The notes under the pieces were generated by a model, which was not told where the DNA came from, did not search any database, and saw nothing but the letters and a program-made list of their open reading frames with translations. 64,000 nucleotides of DNA, taken from the NCBI RefSeq assembly GCF_988243305.1, contig NZ_OZ547136.1, one strand, 5' to 3'. This document shows, in pieces, positions 18,868 to 30,168 of the stretch (position 1 is the stretch's first letter; every line of letters begins with the position of its first letter). A program made the position numbers and the translations under genes.

Positions 18868-20649
18868 ATGGCAAAAATGAGAGCCGTTGACGCGGCAATG
18901 TATGTGCTGGAGAAAGAAGGTATCACCACCGCCTTCGGCGTTCCGGGAGCAGCAATCAATCCGTTCTATTCAGCGATGCGTAAGCACGGCGGTATTCGTC
19001 ACATTCTGGCGCGTCATGTGGAAGGTGCTTCGCACATGGCGGAAGGTTATACCCGCGCAACGGCAGGGAATATCGGCGTATGTCTGGGGACTTCCGGTCC
19101 TGCGGGCACGGACATGATCACCGCGCTCTATTCCGCTTCTGCTGATTCCATTCCTATTCTGTGTATTACCGGCCAGGCTCCGCGCGCCCGTCTGCATAAA
19201 GAAGATTTCCAGGCCGTTGATATTGAAGCAATTGCTAAACCGGTCAGCAAAATGGCGGTTACAGTTCGTGAAGCGGCGCTGGTGCCTCGTGTGCTGCAAC
19301 AGGCGTTTCACCTGATGCGTTCTGGTCGCCCGGGTCCGGTACTGGTGGATTTACCGTTCGACGTTCAGGTTGCGGAAATCGAGTTTGATCCTGACATGTA
19401 CGAACCGCTGCCGGTCTACAAACCTGCTGCCAGCCGTATGCAGATCGAAAAAGCGGTAGAAATGTTAATTCAGGCCGAACGTCCGGTGATTGTTGCCGGG
19501 GGCGGGGTAATCAATGCTGACGCTGCTGCACTGTTACAACAGTTTGCTGAACTGACCAGCGTTCCGGTGATCCCAACGCTGATGGGCTGGGGCTGTATTC
19601 CCGACGATCATGAACTGATGGCCGGGATGGTGGGTCTGCAAACCGCGCATCGTTACGGTAACGCAACGCTACTGGCGTCCGACATGGTGTTTGGTATCGG
19701 TAACCGTTTTGCGAACCGTCATACCGGTTCGGTAGAGAAATACACCGAAGGGCGCAAAATCGTTCATATCGATATTGAGCCGACGCAAATTGGCCGCGTG
19801 CTGTGTCCGGATCTCGGCATTGTCTCTGATGCTAAAGCGGCGCTGACGCTGCTGGTTGAAGTGGCGCAGGAGATGCAAAAAGCGGGTCGTCTGCCGTGTC
19901 GTAAAGAATGGGTCGCCGACTGCCAGCAGCGCAAACGCACTTTGCTGCGCAAAACCCACTTCGACAACGTGCCGGTGAAACCGCAGCGCGTGTATGAAGA
20001 GATGAACAAAGCCTTTGGTCGCGATGTTTGTTATGTCACCACCATTGGCCTGTCACAAATCGCTGCGGCACAAATGCTGCATGTCTTTAAAGACCGCCAC
20101 TGGATCAACTGTGGGCAGGCAGGCCCGCTGGGCTGGACCATTCCGGCGGCGCTGGGGGTTTGTGCCGCTGATCCAGAGCGCAAAGTGGTGGCGATTTCCG
20201 GTGACTTCGACTTCCAGTTTCTGATTGAAGAATTAGCCGTTGGCGCACAGTTCAACATTCCGTACATCCATGTACTGGTCAATAACGCCTATCTGGGTCT
20301 GATTCGCCAGTCGCAGCGCGCGTTTGATATGGATTACTGCGTACAGCTCGCGTTCGAAAATATTAACTCCAGTGAAGTGAACGGGTACGGCGTCGACCAC
20401 GTAAAAGTAGCGGAAGGTTTAGGTTGTAAAGCGATTCGGGTCTTCAAACCGGAAGATATTGCACCAGCCTTTGAACAGGCGAAAGCCTTAATGGCGCAAT
20501 ATCGGGTACCGGTAGTCGTGGAAGTTATTCTCGAGCGTGTGACCAATATTTCGATGGGCAGCGAACTGGATAACGTCATGGAATTTGAAGATATCGCCGA
20601 TAACGCAGTGGACGCACCGACTGAAACCTGCTTCATGCACTATGAATAA
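18868..20649 (+). CDS. gcl: glyoxylate carboligase (ThDP-dependent)
   Basis: Start at [13 protein letters not shown] (593 aa); ThDP-enzyme motifs. Confidence 0.9.
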   Translation: MAKMRAVDAAMYVLEKEGITTAFGVPGAAINPFYSAMRKHGGIRHILARHVEGASHMAEGYTRATAGNIGVCLGTSGPAGTDMITALYSASADSIPILCITGQAPRARLHKEDFQAVDIEAIAKPVSKMAVTVREAALVPRVLQQAFHLMRSGRPGPVLVDLPFDVQVAEIEFDPDMYEPLPVYKPAASRMQIEKAVEMLIQAERPVIVAGGGVINADAAALLQQFAELTSVPVIPTLMGWGCIPDDHELMAGMVGLQTAHRYGNATLLASDMVFGIGNRFANRHTGSVEKYTEGRKIVHIDIEPTQIGRVLCPDLGIVSDAKAALTLLVEVAQEMQKAGRLPCRKEWVADCQQRKRTLLRKTHFDNVPVKPQRVYEEMNKAFGRDVCYVTTIGLSQIAAAQMLHVFKDRHWINCGQAGPLGWTIPAALGVCAADPERKVVAISGDFDFQFLIEELAVGAQFNIPYIHVLVNNAYLGLIRQSQRAFDMDYCVQLAFENINSSEVNGYGVDHVKVAEGLGCKAIRVFKPEDIAPAFEQAKALMAQYRVPVVVEVILERVTNISMGSELDNVMEFEDIADNAVDAPTETCFMHYE

Positions 20650-20661
20650 GGGAGATAAATA

Positions 20662-21438
20662 ATGTTACGTTTCTCTGCTAATTTATCGATGTTATTTGGT
20701 GAATATGATTTTCTCGCCCGTTTTGAGAAAGCTGCGCAGTGTGGTTTTCGCGGCGTTGAATTTATGTTCCCTTATGACTATGACATTGAAGAATTAAAAC
20801 AGGTGCTGGCGAGTAATAAACTCGAACATACGTTGCACAATTTACCGGCAGGTGACTGGGCGGCGGGCGAGCGGGGTATTGCTTGTATTCCTGGTCGTGA
20901 AGAAGAGTTTCGGGATGGCGTAGCAGCAGCGATTCGTTATGCTCGTGCGCTGGGTAATAAAAAAATTAACTGTCTGGTCGGTAAAACGCCGGCTGGTTTC
21001 AGCAGTGAACAGATTCACACAACGCTTGTAGAAAACCTGCGTTATGCCGCGAATATGCTGATGAAAGAAGATATTTTATTACTGATTGAACCTATCAACC
21101 ATTTTGATATTCCTGGTTTCCATCTCACCGGAACTCGCCAGGCACTGAAACTGATTGACGATGTTGGTTGCTGCAATTTGAAAATTCAGTATGACATTTA
21201 TCACATGCAGCGGATGGAAGGTGAATTAACTAATACCATGACTCAGTGGGCCGATAAAATTGGTCACCTGCAAATTGCTGATAATCCGCATCGCGGCGAA
21301 CCGGGAACCGGAGAAATTAATTATGATTATCTCTTTACGGTAATCGAAAATTCTGACTACAACGGTTGGGTTGGGTGTGAATATAAACCCCAAACCACCA
21401 CGGAAGCCGGTTTACGCTGGATGGATCCGTACCGTTAA
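20662..21438 (+). CDS. hyi: hydroxypyruvate isomerase
   Basis: 258-aa ORF; synteny. Confidence 0.9.
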   Translation: MLRFSANLSMLFGEYDFLARFEKAAQCGFRGVEFMFPYDYDIEELKQVLASNKLEHTLHNLPAGDWAAGERGIACIPGREEEFRDGVAAAIRYARALGNKKINCLVGKTPAGFSSEQIHTTLVENLRYAANMLMKEDILLLIEPINHFDIPGFHLTGTRQALKLIDDVGCCNLKIQYDIYHMQRMEGELTNTMTQWADKIGHLQIADNPHRGEPGTGEINYDYLFTVIENSDYNGWVGCEYKPQTTTEAGLRWMDPYR

Positions 21439-21537
21439 AACGTAACGCTATTCAGACAATGCTTTTTTAGGCCGCTAAGTTGGCAGGGGATCGTGTTGTC
21501 TGAATTCAGGAAAAGCGAAATTTAAAAGAGGTTAATT

Positions 21538-22416
21538 ATGAAACTGGGATTTATTGGCTTAGGCATTATGGGTACACCGATGGCCATTAATCTGGCGCGA
21601 GCCGGTCATCAACTGCATGTCACAACCATTGGTCCGGTTGCTGATGAATTACTGTCACTGGGTGCCGTCAGTGTTGAAACTGCGCGCCAGGTAACGGAAG
21701 CAGCGGACATCATTTTTATTATGGTGCCGGACACACCACAGGTTGAAGAAGTTCTGTTTGGTGAAAATGGTTGTACCAAAGCCTCGCTGAAGGGCAAAAC
21801 CATTGTTGATATGAGCTCCATTTCCCCGATTGAAACTAAGCGTTTCGCTCGTCAGGTGAATGAACTGGGCGGCGATTATCTCGATGCGCCAGTCTCCGGC
21901 GGTGAAATCGGTGCGCGTGAAGGGACGTTGTCGATTATGGTTGGCGGTGATGAAGCGGTATTTGAACGTGTTAAACCGCTGTTTGAACTGCTCGGTAAAA
22001 ATATCACCCTCGTCGGCGGTAACGGCGACGGTCAAACCTGCAAAGTGGCAAATCAGATTATTGTGGCGCTCAATATTGAAGCGGTTTCTGAAGCCCTGCT
22101 ATTTGCTTCAAAAGCCGGTGCGGACCCGGTACGTGTGCGCCAGGCGCTGATGGGCGGCTTTGCTTCCTCACGTATTCTGGAAGTTCATGGCGAGCGTATG
22201 ATTAAACGCACCTTTAATCCAGGTTTCAAAATTGCGCTGCACCAGAAAGATCTCAACCTGGCACTGCAAAGTGCGAAAGCACTGGCGCTGAACCTGCCAA
22301 ACACTGCGACCTGCCAGGAGTTATTTAATACCTGTGCGGCAAACGGTGGCAGCCAGTTGGATCACTCTGCGTTAGTGCAGGCGCTGGAATTAATGGCTAA
22401 CCATAAACTGGCCTGA
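21538..22416 (+). CDS. glxR: tartronate semialdehyde reductase
   Basis: NAD-binding GxGxxG (GFIGLGIMG). Confidence 0.9.
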   Translation: MKLGFIGLGIMGTPMAINLARAGHQLHVTTIGPVADELLSLGAVSVETARQVTEAADIIFIMVPDTPQVEEVLFGENGCTKASLKGKTIVDMSSISPIETKRFARQVNELGGDYLDAPVSGGEIGAREGTLSIMVGGDEAVFERVKPLFELLGKNITLVGGNGDGQTCKVANQIIVALNIEAVSEALLFASKAGADPVRVRQALMGGFASSRILEVHGERMIKRTFNPGFKIALHQKDLNLALQSAKALALNLPNTATCQELFNTCAANGGSQLDHSALVQALELMANHKLA

Positions 22417-22585
22417 TACCCGCAATAAAAATGGCCGATATCAGAAAATGAATCGGCCAGCAATATTAAAAAAAGAAAGCAGCCAAAGATGTTGCTTCAG
22501 TATTAAAAATAATATTTTTATTTTATTTGTTCCTCATAGCTAGATTAAAACAACGTTATTCGATACGTGAAATTAAGAGGGATTT

Positions 22586-24040
22586 ATGGAACATCAGAGA
22601 AAACTATTCCAGCAACGCGGCTATAGCGAAGATCTATTGCCGAAAACGCAAAGCCAGCGGACCTGGAAAACATTTAACTATTTTACCTTATGGATGGGTT
22701 CGGTTCATAACGTTCCCAATTATGTGATGGTCGGCGGCTTTTTTATTCTCGGCTTGTCTACCTTTAGTATTATGCTGGCAATTATCCTCAGCGCCTTTTT
22801 CATTGCCGCGGTAATGGTATTAAACGGCGCTGCGGGCAGTAAATACGGCGTACCGTTTGCCATGATCCTGCGTGCTTCTTACGGCGTACGTGGCGCACTG
22901 TTTCCCGGATTATTAAGAGGCGGTATTGCTGCCATTATGTGGTTTGGCCTGCAATGTTACGCGGGGTCACTGGCCTGCTTGATTCTGATTGGCAAAATCT
23001 GGCCGGGATTTTTAACTCTCGGTGGTGATTTTACCCTGTTAGGGCTTTCTCTACCGGGCTTAATTACTTTCTTACTCTTCTGGCTGGTTAACGTTGGTAT
23101 TGGTTTTGGCGGCGGCAAAGTTTTAAATAAATTCACTGCCATTCTTAACCCGTGCATCTATATCGTTTTCGGCGGTATGGCGATTTGGGCGATTTCGCTG
23201 GTCGGGATCGGTCCAATCTTTGACTACATCCCGAGCGGTATTCAGAAAGCAGAAAACGGTGGCTTCCTGTTCCTGGTGGTGATTAACGCAGTGGTTGCGG
23301 TCTGGGCAGCACCGGCGGTTAGCGCATCCGACTTTACGCAAAATGCTCACTCGTTTCGTGAGCAGGCACTTGGGCAAACGCTGGGTTTGGTCGTAGCTTA
23401 TATTCTGTTTGCGGTCGCCGGGGTATGTATTATTGCCGGAGCCAGTATTCACTACGGCGCTGATACCTGGAACGTGCTGGATATTGTTCAGCGTTGGGAC
23501 AGCCTGTTTGCCTCGTTCTTTGCGGTACTGGTTATTCTGATGACGACCATTTCCACTAACGCCACCGGTAATATTATTCCGGCTGGTTATCAGATTGCCG
23601 CCATTGCACCGACAAAACTGACCTATAAAAACGGCGTACTGATTGCCAGTATTATCAGTTTGCTGATCTGCCCGTGGAAATTAATGGAAAATCAGGACAG
23701 TATTTATCTGTTCCTCGATATCATCGGTGGGATGCTGGGTCCGGTAATTGGTGTCATGATGGCGCATTATTTTGTGGTGATGCGTGGACAAATTAATCTT
23801 GACGAACTGTATACCGCAGCAGGTGATTTCAAATATTACGATAACGGCTTTAACCTCACCGCGTTTTCAGTAACTCTGGTGGCCGTTATTTTATCTCTCG
23901 GTGGTAAATTTATTCCGTTCATGGAGCCTTTATCACGCGTTTCATGGTTTGTCGGCGTTATTGTCGCATTCGCTGCCTACGCGTTATTAAAAAAACGTAC
24001 AGCAGCAGAAAAAACAGGAGAACAAAAAGTCACAGGTTAA
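22586..24040 (+). CDS. ybbW: NCS1-family allantoin permease (YbbW)
   Basis: 484-aa polytopic membrane ORF; synteny. Confidence 0.85.
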   Translation: MEHQRKLFQQRGYSEDLLPKTQSQRTWKTFNYFTLWMGSVHNVPNYVMVGGFFILGLSTFSIMLAIILSAFFIAAVMVLNGAAGSKYGVPFAMILRASYGVRGALFPGLLRGGIAAIMWFGLQCYAGSLACLILIGKIWPGFLTLGGDFTLLGLSLPGLITFLLFWLVNVGIGFGGGKVLNKFTAILNPCIYIVFGGMAIWAISLVGIGPIFDYIPSGIQKAENGGFLFLVVINAVVAVWAAPAVSASDFTQNAHSFREQALGQTLGLVVAYILFAVAGVCIIAGASIHYGADTWNVLDIVQRWDSLFASFFAVLVILMTTISTNATGNIIPAGYQIAAIAPTKLTYKNGVLIASIISLLICPWKLMENQDSIYLFLDIIGGMLGPVIGVMMAHYFVVMRGQINLDELYTAAGDFKYYDNGFNLTAFSVTLVAVILSLGGKFIPFMEPLSRVSWFVGVIVAFAAYALLKKRTAAEKTGEQKVTG

Positions 24041-24099
24041 TTAATCCCGATATTGAACATTGAGTTAAAAACCAATCTGTATTTTACAAGGAGTTTGTT

Positions 24100-25461
24100 A
24101 TGTCTTTTGATTTAATCATTAAAAACGGCACCGTTATTTTAGAAAACGAAGCTCGCGTTGTAGATATCGCCGTTAAAGGCGGAAAAATTGCTGCTATCGG
24201 TCAGGATCTGGGTGATGCAAAAGAAGTTATGGATGCGTCTGGTCTGGTGGTTTCGCCGGGCATGGTTGATGCGCACACCCATATTTCTGAACCGGGTCGT
24301 AGCCACTGGGAAGGTTATGAAACCGGTACTCGCGCAGCGGCAAAAGGTGGTATCACCACCATGATCGAAATGCCGCTCAACCAGCTGCCTGCAACGGTTG
24401 ACCGCGCTTCAATTGAACTGAAGTTCGATGCCGCTAAAGGCAAGCTGACTATCGATGCGGCACAACTCGGTGGCCTGGTGTCTTACAACATCGACCGTCT
24501 GCATGAGCTGGATGAAGTGGGCGTTGTCGGCTTCAAATGCTTCGTTGCGACCTGTGGCGATCGCGGTATCGACAACGACTTCCGTGATGTAAACGACTGG
24601 CAGTTCTTCAAAGGTGCGCAGAAGCTGGGCGAACTGGGTCAGCCGGTGCTGGTGCACTGCGAAAACGCGCTGATCTGTGACGAACTGGGCGAAGAAGCGA
24701 AGCGTGAAGGTCGCGTAACCGCACATGACTATGTGGCTTCGCGTCCGGTATTTACCGAAGTGGAAGCGATTCGCCGCGTGCTGTACCTGGCGAAAGTTGC
24801 TGGTTGCCGTCTGCACGTTTGCCATATCAGCAGCCCGGAAGGTGTTGAGGAAGTGACTCGTGCACGTCAGGAAGGCCAGGATGTTACCTGTGAATCCTGC
24901 CCGCATTACTTTGTACTGGATACCGATCAGTTCGAAGAAATCGGTACTCTGGCGAAGTGTTCACCGCCGATCCGCGATCTGGAAAACCAGAAAGGCATGT
25001 GGGAAAAACTGTTTAACGGTGAAATCGACTGCCTGGTTTCCGACCACTCTCCATGCCCGCCGGAAATGAAAGCCGGTAACATCATGAAAGCATGGGGCGG
25101 TATCGCCGGTCTGCAAAGCTGCATGGACGTGATGTTCGATGAAGCGGTACAGAAACGCGGAATGTCTCTGCCAATGTTCGGCAAATTAATGGCGACTAAC
25201 GCAGCAGATATTTTCGGTCTGCAGCAAAAAGGCCGTATCGCCCCAGGAAAAGATGCCGACTTCGTCTTCATTCAGCCGAATAGCAGCTATGTTCTTACCA
25301 ATGACGATCTGGAATATCGCCACAAAGTCAGCCCGTATGTTGGCCGTACCATTGGCGCGCGTATCACGAAAACCATCTTACGTGGTGATGTGATTTACGA
25401 CATTGAACAGGGCTTCCCTGTTGCGCCGAAAGGTCAATTTATCCTTAAACATCAGCAGTAA
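24100..25461 (+). CDS. allB: allantoinase
   Basis: Amidohydrolase metal-binding DAHTH motif. Confidence 0.9.
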   Translation: MSFDLIIKNGTVILENEARVVDIAVKGGKIAAIGQDLGDAKEVMDASGLVVSPGMVDAHTHISEPGRSHWEGYETGTRAAAKGGITTMIEMPLNQLPATVDRASIELKFDAAKGKLTIDAAQLGGLVSYNIDRLHELDEVGVVGFKCFVATCGDRGIDNDFRDVNDWQFFKGAQKLGELGQPVLVHCENALICDELGEEAKREGRVTAHDYVASRPVFTEVEAIRRVLYLAKVAGCRLHVCHISSPEGVEEVTRARQEGQDVTCESCPHYFVLDTDQFEEIGTLAKCSPPIRDLENQKGMWEKLFNGEIDCLVSDHSPCPPEMKAGNIMKAWGGIAGLQSCMDVMFDEAVQKRGMSLPMFGKLMATNAADIFGLQQKGRIAPGKDADFVFIQPNSSYVLTNDDLEYRHKVSPYVGRTIGARITKTILRGDVIYDIEQGFPVAPKGQFILKHQQ

Positions 25462-25517
25462 TCTGGCCCCTGCAATGCCCGTCCTTGCGGCGGGCATTCT
25501 CCGGTTAAGGTGTGTTT

Positions 25518-26819
25518 ATGTTCAATTTTGCAGTCAGCCGCGAAAGCCTGTTATCAGGATTTCAGTGGTTTTTCTTTATTTTTTGCAACACGGTTGTGGT
25601 TCCTCCTACGCTACTTTCTGCTTTTCAGTTGCCGCAAAGTAGCCTGCTTACGCTCACGCAATATGCTTTTCTTGCTACTGCACTGGCCTGCTTCGCTCAG
25701 GCGTTCTGCGGTCATCGTCGCGCTATTATGGAAGGGCCGGGTGGCCTGTGGTGGGGAACCATCCTTACTATCACCCTTGGCGAAGCATCGCGCGGGACAC
25801 CGATCAACGATATCGCTACCAGCCTGGCGGTGGGAATTGCGCTCTCTGGCGTGCTGACGATGTTGATTGGTTTTAGCGGATTAGGTCATCGTCTGGCGCG
25901 GTTATTTACGCCGTCGGTGATGGTCTTGTTTATGTTGATGCTGGGCGCGCAGCTGACCACTATCTTTTTCAAAGGTATGCTCGGGCTGCCGTTTGGCATA
26001 GCCGACCCGAATTTTAAAATTCAGTTACCGCCGTTCGCGCTTTCGGTCGCGGTGATGTGTCTGGTACTGGCGATGATTATCTTTCTGCCGCAACGTTTTG
26101 CCCGTTATGGCCTGCTGGTCGGTACGATAACCGGCTGGTTGTTGTGGTACTTTTGCTTTCCTTCTTCGCATTCGCTCTCCGGTGAGTTGCACTGGCAGTG
26201 GTTCCCGCTCGGCAGTGGCGGTGCTTTGTCGCCGGGGATTATTCTGACGGCGGTGATTACAGGTCTGGTTAATATCAGCAATACCTACGGTGCGATTCGG
26301 GGCACGGATGTTTTTTATCCGCAGCAGGGCGCGGGGAATACGCGTTATCGTCGTAGCTTTGTGGCGACCGGATTTATGACGCTGATAACCGTACCGCTGG
26401 CGGTAATTCCATTTTCACCGTTTGTTTCATCCATTGGTTTATTAACCCAGACTGGCGATTACACGCGGCGTTCGTTTATTTATGGCAGCGTTATTTGCCT
26501 GCTGGTGGCGCTGGTTCCGGCACTCACGCGTCTGTTTTGCAGTATCCCCTTACCAGTGAGTAGCGCGGTCATGCTGGTTTCTTATCTGCCTTTACTCTTT
26601 TCGGCGCTGGTGTTTAGCCAGCAAATAACCTTTACCGCTCGCAATATTTATCGACTCGCATTGCCGTTATTTGTCGGCATATTTTTAATGGCATTACCGC
26701 CTGTGTATCTGCAAGACCTTCCATTAACGCTGCGTCCTCTGCTCAGTAACGGCTTACTGGTCGGGATTTTACTGGCTGTTCTTATGGATAATCTTATTCC
26801 GTGGGAACGCATCGAATAA
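25518..26819 (+). CDS. ybbY: putative purine/uracil permease YbbY
   Basis: Polytopic membrane ORF; start set to second ATG (433 aa), ORF begins at 25512. Confidence 0.8.
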   Translation: MFNFAVSRESLLSGFQWFFFIFCNTVVVPPTLLSAFQLPQSSLLTLTQYAFLATALACFAQAFCGHRRAIMEGPGGLWWGTILTITLGEASRGTPINDIATSLAVGIALSGVLTMLIGFSGLGHRLARLFTPSVMVLFMLMLGAQLTTIFFKGMLGLPFGIADPNFKIQLPPFALSVAVMCLVLAMIIFLPQRFARYGLLVGTITGWLLWYFCFPSSHSLSGELHWQWFPLGSGGALSPGIILTAVITGLVNISNTYGAIRGTDVFYPQQGAGNTRYRRSFVATGFMTLITVPLAVIPFSPFVSSIGLLTQTGDYTRRSFIYGSVICLLVALVPALTRLFCSIPLPVSSAVMLVSYLPLLFSALVFSQQITFTARNIYRLALPLFVGIFLMALPPVYLQDLPLTLRPLLSNGLLVGILLAVLMDNLIPWERIE

Positions 26820-26840
26820 TTTGTTGAAAAAGGATTGATA

Positions 26841-27986
26841 ATGAAGATTGTCATTGCGCCAGACTCGTTTAAAGAGAGCTTAAGTGCAGAAAAATGTTGT
26901 CAGGCAATTAAAGCCGGGTTTTCGACCCTCTTTCCCGATGCGCACTATATCTGTTTGCCGATAGCGGATGGCGGCGAAGGGACGGTGGATGCGATGGTCG
27001 CCGCGACGGGCGGCAACATCGTGACGCTTGAAGTCTGCGGGCCGATGGGCGAAACAGTGAATGCTTTTTATGGCCTTACCGGCGACGGGAAAACAGCGGT
27101 GATTGAGATGGCTGCGGCAAGCGGCCTGATGCTGGTCGCGCCTGAAAAGCGTAATCCGTTGCTGGCCTCCAGTTTTGGTACGGGGGAGTTAATTCGTCAT
27201 GCGCTGGATAACGGTATTCGCCATATTATTCTCGGCATTGGCGGCAGTGCGACGGTCGACGGCGGTATGGGCATGGCGCAGGCGCTTGGTGTGCGTTTCC
27301 TTGATGCCGACGGCCAGGTGCTGGCGGCTAACGGCGGCAATTTAGCGTGCGTGGCAAGCATTGAGATGGAGGAATGCGATCCGCGTCTGGCGAACTGCCA
27401 TATTGAAGTAGCATGTGACGTTGATAACCCGCTGGTAGGGGCACGCGGCGCGGCGGCGGTGTTTGGCCCGCAAAAAGGGGCAACACCGGAAATGGTCGAA
27501 GAGCTGGAACAGGGGCTGCAAAATTACGCCCGTGTTTTACAACAGCAAACTGAAATTAATGTCTGCCAGATGGCGGGCGGCGGCGCGGCGGGCGGGATGG
27601 GTATTGCGGCGGCGGTATTCCTCAATGCGGATATTAAACCGGGTATTGAGATTGTACTGCGGGCGGTCAACCTGGAGCAGGCGGTGCAGGGCGCAGCGCT
27701 GGTGATCACCGGGGAAGGGCGCATCGACTCGCAAACGGCAGGTGGTAAAGCGCCGCTGGGCGTGGCGTCGGTGGCGAAGCAGTTTAATGTCCCGGTGATT
27801 GGGATTGCTGGCGTATTGGGTGATGGCGTGGAAGTGGTGCACCAGTACGGCATTGACGCGGTGTTCAGCATTTTGCCACGTCTGGCACCTTTAGCCGAAG
27901 TGCTCGCCAGCGGTGAAACCAATCTCTTCAACAGCGCACGAAATATTGCCTGCGCCATTAAAATAGGTCAGGGAATTAAAAACTGA
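26841..27986 (+). CDS. glxK: glycerate kinase II
   Basis: Glycerate kinase family; start at [14 protein letters not shown]. Confidence 0.9.
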   Translation: MKIVIAPDSFKESLSAEKCCQAIKAGFSTLFPDAHYICLPIADGGEGTVDAMVAATGGNIVTLEVCGPMGETVNAFYGLTGDGKTAVIEMAAASGLMLVAPEKRNPLLASSFGTGELIRHALDNGIRHIILGIGGSATVDGGMGMAQALGVRFLDADGQVLAANGGNLACVASIEMEECDPRLANCHIEVACDVDNPLVGARGAAAVFGPQKGATPEMVEELEQGLQNYARVLQQQTEINVCQMAGGGAAGGMGIAAAVFLNADIKPGIEIVLRAVNLEQAVQGAALVITGEGRIDSQTAGGKAPLGVASVAKQFNVPVIGIAGVLGDGVEVVHQYGIDAVFSILPRLAPLAEVLASGETNLFNSARNIACAIKIGQGIKN

Positions 27987-28000
27987 CTCTTGCCATTAGA

Positions 28001-28031
28001 GCGGATGCATTTTATCCCGCATCCGTTTTTT
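28001..28031 (+). terminator. putative terminator after glxK (stem CGGATGC...GCATCCG + T tract)
   Basis: Hairpin and T run read directly. Confidence 0.55.
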
Positions 28032-28046
28032 ACCTGAATTTACCGC

Positions 28047-28073
28047 AAAAAAAGCCACGGTATAAACCGTGGC
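28047..28073 (-). terminator. putative terminator after allE (stem GCCACGG...CCGTGGC, T tract on minus strand)
   Basis: Hairpin and A run on plus strand. Confidence 0.55.
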
Positions 28074-28115
28074 AAAATCCAACATAGCTAAAAATAATCA
28101 GGCGAGTGGTATGAC

Positions 28116-28901
28116 TTAAATCTCTACGTCGCGGTTGCAATCTTTTGAGTAAATATAACTAAACGCTTCACCACGCCCTACGCCATAACCGGCCTGTAAG
28201 GAATAAGCGCCCATAAAGATGTAATCGCCTTTTTTCACCGGGATCCAGTTATTGTCGAGGTTATAAACCCCCTGACCGGAAAGAATATAGGCACCGTGTT
28301 CCTGGACGTGAGTTTCGATATAACCGTGGCTGGCACCTGGCGCAAAAGAGAGGATATGCATGTTCATATCAAAACCTAACTCTTTGGGCAGAAAATCCAG
28401 CAGAATAACATCGTCCATGCCTTCATAATGAATGCGTTCGAGTTCGCTGGCATTGCCAGAAACCAGCCACGGCGCATGACCTTCTACCGGAACATAGCGA
28501 CGCTTATATAAAAAGATTTGGCTGTCTTCGGCCTGGGCGTTAACAAACGTCATTAAGGAGCCTGGTGGGCAATAAAGATAGCCACCTTCGCTTAAGGCAA
28601 ATGTTTTACCTTCGGCTTTGGCAGTGATATTTCCAGAGATCACATACAGGAACGTTTCAATGCCTTCGCCCCCGAAGCCCTGTTGGTTGCCACCGTTTTG
28701 ATGCAGTGTGACCAGATAATCAACAAAAGAGGCACCCAGCTTTGGCGTGGAGAGGATTGTCGCGTCACAATTTTCAAAGCCCGGAATAATATTTTTTACC
28801 AGACCGTCCGGGGTTAGCAGCGCGAAATTACCGTGTTTCACAATCGCACGGTTAGCCAGTAAATCATCGCGGTAACCGGTGACGTTATTTAAATATCCCA
28901 T
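28116..28901 (-). CDS. allE: (S)-ureidoglycine aminohydrolase (cupin) AllE/YlbA
   Basis: 261-aa ORF; synteny. Confidence 0.85.
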   Translation of the reverse strand: MGYLNNVTGYRDDLLANRAIVKHGNFALLTPDGLVKNIIPGFENCDATILSTPKLGASFVDYLVTLHQNGGNQQGFGGEGIETFLYVISGNITAKAEGKTFALSEGGYLYCPPGSLMTFVNAQAEDSQIFLYKRRYVPVEGHAPWLVSGNASELERIHYEGMDDVILLDFLPKELGFDMNMHILSFAPGASHGYIETHVQEHGAYILSGQGVYNLDNNWIPVKKGDYIFMGAYSLQAGYGVGRGEAFSYIYSKDCNRDVEI

Positions 28902-28911
28902 TTATAACTCC

Positions 28912-30147
28912 TTATTTCTGCCAGGCAAGTTGATAAAGCATGAGTGCCAACGTTTTGACCCCTTCGGCAAGGTCGGTAATATTGGTGCGTTCCGCCGGGT
29001 TATGACTGATCCCGTTGATGCTGGGAATGAAAATCATGCAGGTTGGTACGCGAGGCGCGAAAATTTGCGCGTCGTGCCCGGCACCACTGTGCATCACCCG
29101 GTAATTCAGTTTTTCGCTTTCACACATTTCTGTCAGGGTGGCGACCAGTTCCTTGTTCATCGGCACGGGTTCTTCGTCCATCCATAAATCGATATCAATA
29201 CCAATGTCCATTTCATCGCAAATCGCCCGCATGTCGTTTTCTAACTGTTGGGTGAAATCGCGCAGCACGGCAGCATCGGTATGACGACAATCAATGGTGA
29301 ACGTGGTTTTACCCGGCACCACATTCACCGTATTCGGGCGCGGCTCCACCTTGCCAAAGGTCAGCACCAGCGGGTCGCCCATCTTTTTCGCTTTTTCGAT
29401 CGACTGATGGCAAATGCGACTGAAAGCGTAAACCGTATCACGACGATAACCCATCGGCGTGGTGCCTGCATGGTTTGATTCGCCGTTCAGCGTCACCGTA
29501 TAGCGACGTTGCCCGACAATTGCATTCACCACGCCAATTGACTGCCCATTACTTTCCAGCACACAGCCCTGTTCAATATGCAGTTCAACAAAGGCTTTAA
29601 TATCCTGACGCGGAGTTAGTGGGGCGTTCGGCAGAGTAAATCCGCAAGCCTTCATCGCATCGACAAAACTATTTCCTTTGGCATCACAGATATTCCGCAC
29701 GTCGTCAGGATTCGCCAGCCCAAAGATATTTTTACTGCCCCAGAAGACATACGGGAAGCGACTGCCTTCTTCTTCTGCCATCGCCACCACTTCGACCGTA
29801 CGTAACGGCGCGCCGTATTGCGTTTTCAACCAGTCAATTGCCAGCCACGCCGCCAGCGCGCCGAATTGCCCGTCGAGGTTACCGCCGTTAACCACGGTAT
29901 CGATATGCGAACCGCTCAGAACCACTTCCTGTGGATATTCGGTCCCACTCAGGCGACCGTATAAATTGCCCACTTCATCGAAACGTGTTTCCAACCCGCT
30001 TGCTGCCATTCTTTTTTTAAATTGCTGCTGGGTTTCCAGCCATTCCGGCGAATAAAGTAAACGGGTCATACCACCCGTTGGGTCAGCGCCAAAAGAGGAA
30101 AGCCAGGGCAGCGTTTCTTCTATGGCTTGACGAAAATGTGTAATCAT
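28912..30147 (-). CDS. allC: allantoate amidohydrolase
   Basis: M20 peptidase family; start at MITHFRQAIE (411 aa), ORF extends to 30165. Confidence 0.85.
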   Translation of the reverse strand: MITHFRQAIEETLPWLSSFGADPTGGMTRLLYSPEWLETQQQFKKRMAASGLETRFDEVGNLYGRLSGTEYPQEVVLSGSHIDTVVNGGNLDGQFGALAAWLAIDWLKTQYGAPLRTVEVVAMAEEEGSRFPYVFWGSKNIFGLANPDDVRNICDAKGNSFVDAMKACGFTLPNAPLTPRQDIKAFVELHIEQGCVLESNGQSIGVVNAIVGQRRYTVTLNGESNHAGTTPMGYRRDTVYAFSRICHQSIEKAKKMGDPLVLTFGKVEPRPNTVNVVPGKTTFTIDCRHTDAAVLRDFTQQLENDMRAICDEMDIGIDIDLWMDEEPVPMNKELVATLTEMCESEKLNYRVMHSGAGHDAQIFAPRVPTCMIFIPSINGISHNPAERTNITDLAEGVKTLALMLYQLAWQK

Positions 30148-30168
30148 AAGAAAGTCCTGTCTCAATAA

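Noticed and set aside
25403-25857. ORFs 25403-25642 and 25510-25857 at the allB-ybbY junction
   Set aside because: Out-of-frame with the ybbY membrane protein reading frame, which has coherent transmembrane periodicity; treated as spurious.
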